Source of the DNA: Parcubacteria group bacterium
GTDB lineage: Bacteria; Patescibacteriota; Patescibacteriia; Magasanikbacterales; GCA-002688135
Length of the DNA stretch: 47,721 nt
Direction: 5' to 3'
NCBI GenBank assembly: GCA_002688135.1
Contig: NZCD01000022.1
Span: forward strand, 1-47,721
Shown here: positions 25,292 through 33,956 of the stretch, one piece after another
Position numbering within the stretch: the stretch's first letter is position 1
How the letters are laid out: every line of letters starts with the position of its first letter
Program-made: the position numbers and the translations under genes
Notes under the pieces: model-generated
What the model saw: the letters and a program-made list of their open reading frames with translations, nothing else
Database searches by the model: none
Told to the model about the DNA's origin: nothing

Positions 25292-26224
25292 ATGTCTAAA
25301 GTAAGAGATTTAATCATCATCGGAGGCGCCGCAGCCGGCGTCGCAGCAGCAATCTACGCTGCACGTCGCAAACTAGATTTTTTAATTGTATCAGGAGATA
25401 TCGGAGGCGAAGTATTACTTTCGGGTGAAATCGAAAACTACCCAGGAATTTTAAAAACAAACGGTGTCGACATGACACAACGCTACACATCTCAACTCGA
25501 TCACTACGAAGTAGAACGAGAATTAGATACTTGGGTAACTGATGTACAAAAAAAAGATAACATTGTTGAAGTAACCGCAAAAAAAGGAGAGGAAATAAAA
25601 ACCTATCAAGCAAAAACCGTCATTATCACATCAGGAGTAAAACCTCGACATCTCAATGTCCCAGGAGAAGATGAGTTTTATCAAAAAGGAGTTACCTACT
25701 GCACTGTTTGCGATGGTCCACTTTTCAGAAACAAAACAACAGCAACAATCGGAACAGGAAATTCTGCAATTGAATCCGCACTCATGATGGCAGAAATTTC
25801 TGTAAAACATTACATACTTTTGAAATATGAAGATTTCAAAGGTGAAACAATCATGGCAGATAAATTAAAAGCAAAAGAAAATGTTGAAATTCTCCCGCAA
25901 GCGATGACAACGAAAATCACCGGAGAAAAAATGGTAAACGGATTAGACTACACAGACAAAAACGGCAATACACAACATCTTGATCTCCAAGGAATTTTCG
26001 TACACATCGGAATGACCCCACAATCTCAATTCGCCACACACCTCGATCACGACGAATCAGGAAAATTCATCATCAATCAACTCTGCTCAACAAACGTCCC
26101 TGGAATTTTCGCCGCCGGCGACGTAACAAACATCCCCTTCCAACAAATTGCTATTGCCTCCGGCCAAGGAGCAACCGCAGCGCTCGCTGCCATTGAATAC
26201 ATAAACAAACTTAGTTCGGAATAA
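25292..26224 (+). CDS. trxB: Thioredoxin-disulfide reductase
   Basis: DLIIIGGAAAGVAAAIYAARR (FAD-binding GxGxxG/A), the redox-active CTVCDG, and FAAGDV. Confidence 0.9.
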   Translation: MSKVRDLIIIGGAAAGVAAAIYAARRKLDFLIVSGDIGGEVLLSGEIENYPGILKTNGVDMTQRYTSQLDHYEVERELDTWVTDVQKKDNIVEVTAKKGEEIKTYQAKTVIITSGVKPRHLNVPGEDEFYQKGVTYCTVCDGPLFRNKTTATIGTGNSAIESALMMAEISVKHYILLKYEDFKGETIMADKLKAKENVEILPQAMTTKITGEKMVNGLDYTDKNGNTQHLDLQGIFVHIGMTPQSQFATHLDHDESGKFIINQLCSTNVPGIFAAGDVTNIPFQQIAIASGQGATAALAAIEYINKLSSE

Positions 26225-26325
26225 TAAAAAAAAACAACTTTGTCAAGACAGCATTGACAATCCAACAACAAACTGTTTAAATTAGGATAGTACGTTCACA
26301 TTTTTTTTAGAAAAAAGGTAGTATC

Positions 26326-26646
26326 ATGGTTATGTTGCGATTAGTTGAAAAAACCACACAAGAACCACAACTCTCACTGCTAGACACCACCGAACCAACC
26401 GAAAAACAATATCGTGATGTATCATTGAGAGAACTCAAGGTTCGATATAACACAAATATTGAACGGCTCAAGAATATCAAAAGCGAAAAAGAAAAACTGG
26501 AATCAGAACAAGAAGAAATTGAACTCACATTATGCGAAAGACTCATTGACGCGACTCTGGAACAAGCTGAAATTTCGGGAAAAAGAGAAGCTACACTACA
26601 ACGCATTCTCTCTCGATTGTACAAAAAGAATGGTCAGGGCGACTAA
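26326..26646 (+). CDS. Hypothetical coiled-coil protein
   Basis: A 106-aa charged, helical sequence. A terminator-like hairpin lies at about 26645-26682. Confidence 0.45.
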   Translation: MVMLRLVEKTTQEPQLSLLDTTEPTEKQYRDVSLRELKVRYNTNIERLKNIKSEKEKLESEQEEIELTLCERLIDATLEQAEISGKREATLQRILSRLYKKNGQGD

Positions 26647-26752
26647 AAACCCCACAGTATACGTATTGTGGGATTTTTATTTGACAAGAAACCAACATAG
26701 ATATATTCTCTTGCCACCCCTGATTACTGATCAAAAAAGGAGGAGGCAATGG

Positions 26753-26899
26753 ATGATCGATCTACTTATTAACATGGATCACGAAACCGTTGTCACACTG
26801 ATGATTATTGCGGACATATTAACTGCAGTATTCATAATTCATCTCATCAGAAAAAATTTCAAAGCAAAATCAGACAACTCCAAAGTCATCCACGGATGA
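26753..26899 (+). CDS. 48-aa single-TM peptide
   Basis: An AGGAGG (26741-26746) sits 6 nt upstream of ATG 26753. The ORF-track 146-aa ORF is trimmed to this start. A TTGACA-17-TATTCT promoter lies upstream at about 26680-26710. Confidence 0.55.
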   Translation: MIDLLINMDHETVVTLMIIADILTAVFIIHLIRKNFKAKSDNSKVIHG

Positions 26900-26907
26900 C
26901 TTTTTTT
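26885..26907 (+). terminator. Intrinsic terminator
   Basis: GTCATC-cacg-GATGAC followed by T7. Confidence 0.75.
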
Positions 26908-26968
26908 AATTCTGAATTTCAGCTACACTACAACTATATCCTAAATCCTAACTCCTCAATCCTATAAT

Positions 26969-27250
26969 ATGGATATAATTCAATTGTGGCTCACACCACC
27001 CGACTCAATCGCAGCAATCATAATCATCATCCTCGGAGCACTCGGAGCAATCCTAATGCTCTACGGAATCTTACTCGAAAAAGAAAAAAACCAAGATGCA
27101 ATTTTCGCACTTGGCTCATTCGGATTATTACTCTACGCAATCTCACTACCAAATCTCATATTCACAATCGCAATGGCAGCATTCTTCCTCACCAGCTGCA
27201 TCGAATGGTATCAAATACATACTGGGCAACACCGCCATATAAAAAAATAA
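26969..27250 (+). CDS. Hypothetical three-TM membrane protein (93 aa)
   Basis: Three hydrophobic helices. No family recognised. Confidence 0.5.
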   Translation: MDIIQLWLTPPDSIAAIIIIILGALGAILMLYGILLEKEKNQDAIFALGSFGLLLYAISLPNLIFTIAMAAFFLTSCIEWYQIHTGQHRHIKK

Positions 27251-27298
27251 AATCGCTCTTTCCTAAGCGATTTTATCCTGCGCGAAGGCGCACGGATC
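27249..27298 (+). repeat. Composite repeat: terminator-like hairpin plus REP-like hairpin
   Basis: ATCGCT-ctttccta-AGCGAT followed by TTTTATCCTGCGCGAAGGCGCACGGATC. Confidence 0.8.
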
Positions 27299-27353
27299 AA
27301 CAACATGACCCAACCACACACACCACAAACAAACCCAGCATAAATACACCACC

Positions 27354-27388
27354 AAGCGATTTTATCCTGCGCGAAGGCCGACGGATCT
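27354..27388 (+). repeat. Second (5'-truncated) copy of the composite repeat
   Basis: AAGCGATTTTATCCTGCGCGAAGGCCGACGGATCT. Confidence 0.8.
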
Positions 27389-27392
27389 ACTT

Positions 27393-27425
27393 AAAAAAAT
27401 AGAGGTCACATGGACCTCTTTTTTG
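27393..27425. terminator. Bidirectional terminator (downstream of glmS)
   Basis: AGAGGTC-acatg-GACCTCT flanked by A8 and T6. Confidence 0.8.
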
Positions 27426-29315
27426 TTACCCAACCGTCACAGACTTTGCCAACTGTCGCGGCTTATCAATCTCTCGATCCAACGCCAGCGCAGCAAAATA
27501 TGCAAGCAACTGTAGCGGTAATACAGCCGCAATAGGCATCAAATAATCCGGCACATCTGGAATCACAAGCATGGTCTGAAAAGAATCAAACGTCGATGTA
27601 GAATATTCATCCAAAATCTGTCGCATCATGTCTTTTTGAGATTCCTGAACCACAACAATGATTGGCGAACCAGTCCGCGCAGCCTCCATCACAGCAGTCA
27701 GCACATCAGAGAATGTATCATCTGACGGAATAATTGCGACGGTAGGACGAGTAGTACTCAACAGTGCAAGAGACCCATGCTTCAATTCTCCAGAAGCATA
27801 TCCTTCAGAAGGAATGTAAGTGATTTCCTTCAGCTTGAGCGAACCTTCCATCGCAATCGGATAAAGCATACCCTTTCCAATGAAAGCCACAAAATCCGAA
27901 GGAGCAATAATATTTTGAGCAATCCATTGCGCGGTTTCAACAAGTTCATCCTCAAGTAAATCTTCAAGTATGTCTGGCAATGCCTTAAGATTCTTCAACA
28001 AACGCTTTCCATCAGGACGAGAAAGTCGTCGCATGCGACCCAGGCGAACTGCAATCAAATACAAAACTGTAAGTTGAGAAACAAACACTTTTGTACTCGC
28101 AACAGCTGTCTCTCGACCAGCTCCACAATAGACACCACAATTTGTAGCTCGAGCAATCCACGAAGCTGCAACATTCACGACGCCCATCGTAAAAATATCA
28201 CGAGATCTCGCCTCATCCACCACACCCTTAGTATCAAACGTTTCACCAGATTGAGAAATCGCAATCAACACACTACCTTCTGCACGAACATTCGAAAGGT
28301 CAGCTTCGCTCGCAATCATCACATCAACTCGAGCAATTCCCGCGATCTTCTGCAAATAATGTTTGCCTATAAGCGCCGCATAATATGCAGTACCACATGC
28401 AACAAGCACCACATGTTCTACACGTGCCAATGCACCGGAAAAATCTCTAAACCCTCCCAAACGAGGCATGCCACGCTTCATATTGATACGGCCACCATAA
28501 TTCATAGCGGCTCGCACAATACGCGGTTGCTCCATAATTTCCTTGAGCATGTAATGGTCATATCCTTCACAATCAATATCATGAGGATCGAGTTCTGAAA
28601 TACGCTCAACATGTGAAGAATCTTCAATTCCTGAAGCACGGATGACAAGAACTTCCCCATCATCAACATCAACAATTCGTTTAGTGATACGTACAATCGC
28701 ACTTGCATCAGATGCAATTACAACCTCGTCATCACCCAAACCAACCATCAGCGGACTTCCCATCACCGCAGCAACTATCATGTCCGGCTGCGTACGATCA
28801 ATAAACAAAAACGCATACGATCCCTCAACATGCACAAGTGCACGTCGCACAGCTTCAGCGAGTGATATCTGCGATGCTTCCAATTCTCGTGCTACCAAAT
28901 GAACAACTAATTCTGTATCAGTTTGGGAACGCAGCGGAACCTTTCCACTCAACTCTTCACGGAGCACATGAAAATTACTAATCGTGCCATTGTGAACAAC
29001 AGCAATACGATCAATAAAACCTACGTGAGGATGAGCATTATTGAGCGTGTTATCTCCATGTGATGGCCAACGAGTGTGCCCAATACACATATTCGAAGTC
29101 GCATCGCCATGATCAAGCCACAATCTCAACTGCTCTGACGGATGAACGGTTTGTGAACCGAGCCCCTCACGCAAACGCTTTTCTATCTGAAATTTTCCTT
29201 CTTGCACATACGCTAATCCAGCAGCCTCATAACCTCGAGGCTCCAAATCTGCAATGCCATGAATCGCTACATCAATCGCATTGCGCGAGCCGATGTATCC
29301 AATGATGCCGCACAT
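27426..29315 (-). CDS. glmS: Glutamine--fructose-6-phosphate aminotransferase
   Basis: N-terminal MCGIIGY (Ntn Cys), two SIS domains, and C-terminal KPRQLAKSVTVG. Confidence 0.95.
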   Translation of the reverse strand: MCGIIGYIGSRNAIDVAIHGIADLEPRGYEAAGLAYVQEGKFQIEKRLREGLGSQTVHPSEQLRLWLDHGDATSNMCIGHTRWPSHGDNTLNNAHPHVGFIDRIAVVHNGTISNFHVLREELSGKVPLRSQTDTELVVHLVARELEASQISLAEAVRRALVHVEGSYAFLFIDRTQPDMIVAAVMGSPLMVGLGDDEVVIASDASAIVRITKRIVDVDDGEVLVIRASGIEDSSHVERISELDPHDIDCEGYDHYMLKEIMEQPRIVRAAMNYGGRINMKRGMPRLGGFRDFSGALARVEHVVLVACGTAYYAALIGKHYLQKIAGIARVDVMIASEADLSNVRAEGSVLIAISQSGETFDTKGVVDEARSRDIFTMGVVNVAASWIARATNCGVYCGAGRETAVASTKVFVSQLTVLYLIAVRLGRMRRLSRPDGKRLLKNLKALPDILEDLLEDELVETAQWIAQNIIAPSDFVAFIGKGMLYPIAMEGSLKLKEITYIPSEGYASGELKHGSLALLSTTRPTVAIIPSDDTFSDVLTAVMEAARTGSPIIVVVQESQKDMMRQILDEYSTSTFDSFQTMLVIPDVPDYLMPIAAVLPLQLLAYFAALALDREIDKPRQLAKSVTVG

Positions 29316-29389
29316 AGAATCTCTCCTTTTTGTTAATGAACCAAACAGACATTCTCAAAAAAGACCGGTTCAGTCAAATGAATAAAATA

Positions 29390-29398
29390 TGGTATAAT
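29390..29398 (+). promoter_or_regulatory. Extended -10 promoter (TGGTATAAT) of tktN, leaderless-type
   Basis: TGGTATAAT ends 8 nt before ATG 29407. The 8 nt contain no SD. Confidence 0.6.
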
Positions 29399-29406
29399 AT
29401 CGGACT

Positions 29407-30273
29407 ATGAAAACGATTTCCGATACAAAAGTTCAGTCGCTTGAAAAGAAGGCAAAAGCGATCAGACAAGATCTAATCAACATGCTTGTTGAGGCAGGAT
29501 CAGGTCATTCTGCAGGGCCTTTGGGGATGGCAGATATTTTTACAACTCTGTATTTTCACACACTTCGACACGACCCTAAAAAACCAAACGATCCAAATCG
29601 CGATCGATTATTTTTATCAAATGGACATATAGCACCTGTATGGTACGCAACCCTCGCGCACGCAGGATATCTTCCTAAAAAAGAAATGCTCACAACTTTA
29701 CGAAAACTCGGAACAAGATTACAAGGACACCCCCACAAAAAAGGATTGCCACCAATCGAGAATCCAGCCGGCCCACTCGGACAAGGAATTTCTCAAGCTG
29801 TCGGATACGCACTTGCAGCACAAATGGATGGCAAAAAATTCGAAACATATTGCTTGATGGGAGATGGGGAACTTGATGAAGGACAATGCTGGGAAGCATT
29901 CATGTTTGCTGGAAATAATAAACTTCACAATCTCACCGTCATCATCGATAGAAACAATATTCAAATTGATGGAGACACAGAAGACGTCATGCCGCTAGCA
30001 TCATTAAGAGATAAATTCGAAGCATTTAAATTTCATGTAATTGATATTGACGGACACAACATGCGCGACATTTCAGATGCATGCAATCAAGCACGCGCAA
30101 TTTACGAAAAACCAGTTTGCATTTTAGCTCACACCATCCCAGGCAAAGGAGTCGGCTACATGGAATTCGATTACACATGGCACGGCAAACCACCTAAACC
30201 CGGCCGCGAACAAGATTTGGCTCTATGTGATTTACGAACCCTAGGTGGCGCATTATGTTCAGAGCACGAATAA
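29407..30273 (+). CDS. tkt: Transketolase, N-terminal (TPP-binding) subunit
   Basis: SGHSAGPLGMADI, LSNGHIAPVWYA, GPLGQGIS.AVG and GDGELDEGQCWEA. Confidence 0.9.
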   Translation: MKTISDTKVQSLEKKAKAIRQDLINMLVEAGSGHSAGPLGMADIFTTLYFHTLRHDPKKPNDPNRDRLFLSNGHIAPVWYATLAHAGYLPKKEMLTTLRKLGTRLQGHPHKKGLPPIENPAGPLGQGISQAVGYALAAQMDGKKFETYCLMGDGELDEGQCWEAFMFAGNNKLHNLTVIIDRNNIQIDGDTEDVMPLASLRDKFEAFKFHVIDIDGHNMRDISDACNQARAIYEKPVCILAHTIPGKGVGYMEFDYTWHGKPPKPGREQDLALCDLRTLGGALCSEHE

Positions 30274-30461
30274 CAACGAAGCTAATAGGCGGATAGGCCA
30301 ACCTATACGCAGTGAAACGGAGTATAGTTGGCCGTTACTATAAGTGCCGAAGCTCTGCAAAGCAGAGCGGAGCCATAAAAATTCGCCCGAAGCGACGCAT
30401 CCGCCCGCAGCGCAGCGGAGGAAGAACCTGACTCAATCAGCACCAAGCAACAACAACACAT

Positions 30462-31571
30462 ATGAATCTAAACAAAAACCTCTTCACAAAAAAAGAAGAA
30501 CACATCCCAACCCGCAACGGTTTCGGCGAAGCTCTTGTTAAAGCAGGAAAACGCGATGAACGAGTTGTAGCTCTGTGCGCAGATCTAACCGAATCAACCC
30601 GCATCCACCATTTCAAAAATGCATTCCCCGATAGATTTATTGAAGTTGGAGTAGCAGAACAAAACTTAGTTGGAGTAGCAGCAGGAATGGCACATTATGG
30701 AAAAATCCCCTTCTGCGCAAGCTATGCAACATTCTCCCCAGGAAGAAGTTGGGATCAATGTCGTGTCAGCGTCGCCTACGGAGAAAACAATGTAAAAATT
30801 GTTGGAGCTCATGCAGGAATTTCTGTTGGACCCGACGGAGCAACTCATCAAGCTCTCGAGGATATTTCACTCATGCGAGTGCTACCAAATATGACAGTCA
30901 TCGCACCATGCGACTCACATCAAGCGCACGCTGCAACTCTCGCAGCAGCGAAAATGAATGGCCCAGTATACTTAAGATTCACACGAGAAAAAACACCAGT
31001 CATGACAACACCTAAAACCCCATTCAAAATCGGAAAAGCTCAAGTCATGCGAGAAGGAACTGATCTCACTATTGTAGCAACAGGACCAATTCTGTATGAA
31101 GCACTCATGACAGCAGAAATTCTCGCAGGAAATAAAAAAGCCCTTGCGAAACTTTTAGAACGATATCCAGATATCGCGCAAAACGTAAAAAAATCAAAAC
31201 TACATGGACATTCAATGGAACGAGCAAAAGAAACCACACAATGGACTCCGGTAAAAATTAAAAAAAAGATAGATGAAATTGGAAAACTCAATATTGAAGT
31301 CATAAACGTACATACAATCAAACCTCTCGATCACGTAACACTAAAACGCTCTGCAAAAAAAACAGGATTAGTTATGACCGTCGAAGAACATCAAATCCAC
31401 GGCGGCCTACGCGCAGCAGTCGCAGAATCACTCTCACTAAACTATCCAACAAAAATTATCCCAATCGGAATGCCAGATTCATTCGGAGAATCCGGCAAAC
31501 CAATGGAGTTACTAGAAAAATACGGCATGACCGCGCCGTGGATACTACAAAATATTTTAAAAACAATATAA
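30462..31571 (+). CDS. tkt: Transketolase, C-terminal (pyrimidine-binding) subunit, with an internal insertion
   Basis: RNGFGEAL, FIEVGVAEQNLVGVAAGMA, GPDGATHQALEDISLMR and HTIKPLD. An extra segment of about 50 aa (aa 223-275) precedes the C-terminal domain. Confidence 0.9.
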   Translation: MNLNKNLFTKKEEHIPTRNGFGEALVKAGKRDERVVALCADLTESTRIHHFKNAFPDRFIEVGVAEQNLVGVAAGMAHYGKIPFCASYATFSPGRSWDQCRVSVAYGENNVKIVGAHAGISVGPDGATHQALEDISLMRVLPNMTVIAPCDSHQAHAATLAAAKMNGPVYLRFTREKTPVMTTPKTPFKIGKAQVMREGTDLTIVATGPILYEALMTAEILAGNKKALAKLLERYPDIAQNVKKSKLHGHSMERAKETTQWTPVKIKKKIDEIGKLNIEVINVHTIKPLDHVTLKRSAKKTGLVMTVEEHQIHGGLRAAVAESLSLNYPTKIIPIGMPDSFGESGKPMELLEKYGMTAPWILQNILKTI

Positions 31572-31672
31572 AAATCATCACAAAGTGATACAATGTCTAA
31601 AAGCTAACAGCTGAAAGCTAAAAGCTCGTGCAGGTATTACATTGAAATAATTAAGACCGCAAAGCAACCAGT

Positions 31673-32641
31673 ATGTTAAAACAATTTGATATGATAGCCG
31701 TCGGTGATGCAACTATCGATACCTTCATGAAAATCGATGACGCATCTGTACAATGCAAACTTTCAAAAAAACCATGCCAACTCTGCTTCAATTTTGCTGA
31801 TAAAATTGTAGTCCACAAAATGAACCGATCAACCGCAGGCAATGCCGCAAACAATGCAATTGGATCAGCACGACTTGGTATGAAAACTGCATTTGTGACT
31901 GTCGTCGGAGATGATGAAAACGGAGACTGGATCCTCAACAACATCAAAAAAGACAAAATCTCAACAAAGTACGCAACTAAGCAAGGAGAAACAAATGCAT
32001 CCGCGGTCATTAATTTTCAAGGTGAAAGAACAATTCTCGTATACCACGCACCTCGAAAATATGTTCTCCCAAAACTCCCGAAATCAAAATGGATGTATTA
32101 CACATCAGTAGGTGAAAAACATATCACATACAACAAACAGGTTGCCGCGCATGTAAAAAAATATGGCGTCAAACTCGGATACAACCCCGGATCACATCAA
32201 CTCAAATCCGGTTTAAAAAACATGAAACCGATTTTAAAAGTATGTGAAATCGTATTTGTAAACATGGAAGAATCAGCGCGCATTGTCGGAAAAAAGAAAA
32301 ACGTCAAAGAATATCACAAAGCATTACACAAACTCGGACCAAAAATTGTAGTGATTACAGATGGGCCAAAAGGAGTATTCGTATATGATGGATCAATGCA
32401 TTACAAAATGGGAATTTTAGATGGACCAGTCATCGAGAGAACCGGTGCCGGCGATTCATTTGCTGCTGCGTTCATAGCGGCGCTTCATTACGGCCACTCA
32501 ATCCCAGAAGCAATGTGCTGGGGATCACACAACTCAACATCTGTAATCGGAAAAATCGGCCCACAAGCTGGACTACTTACAAAATCAGAAATGAAAAAAC
32601 TAATTAAAAAATCACAATGGTGCAAGGAGGCATGCGAGTAA
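31673..32641 (+). CDS. PfkB-family carbohydrate kinase (ribokinase/fructokinase-like)
   Basis: DMIAVGDATIDTF, GNAANNAIGSARLG and the C-terminal TGAGDSFAAAFIAAL motif. Confidence 0.8.
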   Translation: MLKQFDMIAVGDATIDTFMKIDDASVQCKLSKKPCQLCFNFADKIVVHKMNRSTAGNAANNAIGSARLGMKTAFVTVVGDDENGDWILNNIKKDKISTKYATKQGETNASAVINFQGERTILVYHAPRKYVLPKLPKSKWMYYTSVGEKHITYNKQVAAHVKKYGVKLGYNPGSHQLKSGLKNMKPILKVCEIVFVNMEESARIVGKKKNVKEYHKALHKLGPKIVVITDGPKGVFVYDGSMHYKMGILDGPVIERTGAGDSFAAAFIAALHYGHSIPEAMCWGSHNSTSVIGKIGPQAGLLTKSEMKKLIKKSQWCKEACE

Positions 32642-32646
32642 TAGTG

Positions 32647-32860
32647 CCCGCAAATAATACAAATCCTTTACAAATCTACAAATCCTCGCTTAGCAGCAAC
32701 TCGACCAACTGTCATCGAAGGTTTATCCCGATTTTATCGGGGAGCGTTGTAGCGAAGCAATCTAATCCACGGGTTGCCTCGCAAGCTCACAATGACATGC
32801 GACCTACTTTATCATAGAAAAAAATTTGTAGATTTGTATCTAATTTGTACTATTCGTGGG
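32647..32860. mobile_element. MITE-like element, copy 2 (214 bp, 37-bp terminal inverted repeats)
   Basis: TIRs lie at 32647-32683 and 32824-32860. It is homologous to copy 1 over its whole length. The nested palindromic repeat at 32709-32797 carries an extra hairpin, TCCCGATTTTATCGGGGA. Confidence 0.7.
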
Positions 32861-32873
32861 ACATAAAACAATT

Positions 32874-33815
32874 ATGCTAGTAAACCTAAATAGCATCCTA
32901 CCAAAGGCAAGGAGAGGAAAATATGCTGTTGGTGCATTCAATATAAACAATCTTGAAATTGCTCAAGCAATTATTGATGCAGCTGTAGAATTAAAATCTC
33001 CAGTGATTTTACAAACATCCGAAGGTGCAATTAATTACGCAGGAATGGATTATCTTGCGATGATCGCTCATGTTGCGGCCGAGTCATCCAATGTACCTGT
33101 TGTATTTCATTTAGATCATGGAAAAAATTATGATTTAGTTATGACCGCGATTAATTCTGGATTGTATTCTTCTGTGATGTACGATGGCTCTCATCATCCC
33201 TTAAAAGAAAACATAAAACTAACAAAGCAAATCGTAAAAGCCGCACACAAAAAAGAAATGACAGTTGAAGCCGAATTAGGACGAATTTTCGGAAAAGAAG
33301 ATAATGTAAGCGTAGAGGAAAAAGAAGTTGCTTTCACGGATCCACGCGAGGCTGCGGAATTTGTGGAAGAAACAGGATGTGACGCACTTGCCGTTTCAAT
33401 CGGAACAGCGCACGGTGCAAACAAATTCAAAAGAAAACCAAAATTAGATATCAAAAGATTAGAAGCAATTAAGAAGAAAGTGAAAGTGCCATTAGTTTTA
33501 CACGGTGCTTCTGCTGTTTCCAAAATCGCACTAACTCGATTACACAAACAATGTAAACGCATGAAAGATTGCGGACGACTCGAAGATGCAATAGGAGTTC
33601 CAGACGGGCAAACCAAAAAAGCAATTGCAGCAGGAATCTCAAAAATAAATGTTGATACAGATTTGCGCATCGCCTTCACCGTCGCAGTCCGAGAAACATT
33701 ATTAAATGACCACAACGTCTTCGACCCCCGAAAAATAATCGGCCCAGCCCGAGACCTCATGACCAAAACAGTCAAAGATAAAATGAAACTACTCGGCTGT
33801 GCCGGAAAAGGCTAA
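32874..33815 (+). CDS. fba: Fructose-bisphosphate aldolase, class II
   Basis: MLVNLNSILPKARRGKYAVGAFNINN, ILQTSEGA, FHLDHG and LVLHGAS. The start is set at ATG 32874, because the ORF-track GTG at 32856 lies inside the repeat. Confidence 0.9.
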   Translation: MLVNLNSILPKARRGKYAVGAFNINNLEIAQAIIDAAVELKSPVILQTSEGAINYAGMDYLAMIAHVAAESSNVPVVFHLDHGKNYDLVMTAINSGLYSSVMYDGSHHPLKENIKLTKQIVKAAHKKEMTVEAELGRIFGKEDNVSVEEKEVAFTDPREAAEFVEETGCDALAVSIGTAHGANKFKRKPKLDIKRLEAIKKKVKVPLVLHGASAVSKIALTRLHKQCKRMKDCGRLEDAIGVPDGQTKKAIAAGISKINVDTDLRIAFTVAVRETLLNDHNVFDPRKIIGPARDLMTKTVKDKMKLLGCAGKG

Positions 33816-33826
33816 ACCCCCACCAA

Positions 33827-33896
33827 CTGTCATCCCGGCGTAGGCCGGGATCCATGCCCTTAAACAGATTGCCACGTCGTCCCTCCTCGCAATGAC
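33827..33896. repeat. Hybrid repeat: REP-like head plus palindromic-family tail
   Basis: CTGTCATCCCGGCGTAGGCCGGGATCC ... GTCGTCCCTCCTCGCAATGAC. Confidence 0.75.
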
Positions 33897-33956
33897 TTTT
33901 CTACAAACTCCACAGAATTAAAAAAGAAGGCTCGTGGCCTTCTTTTCGATTAAAAC

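Noticed and set aside
29316-29406. glmS ribozyme upstream of glmS
   Set aside because: The whole divergent intergenic region is only 91 nt and is mostly promoter and SD. There is no room for the ribozyme core and no conserved core sequence was seen.
30380-30450. SRP (4.5S) RNA-like sequence in the tkt spacer
   Set aside because: GCAGCGGAGGAAGAAC only superficially resembles the GGAAGCAGCC motif of helix 8. The symmetric and asymmetric loop context is absent.
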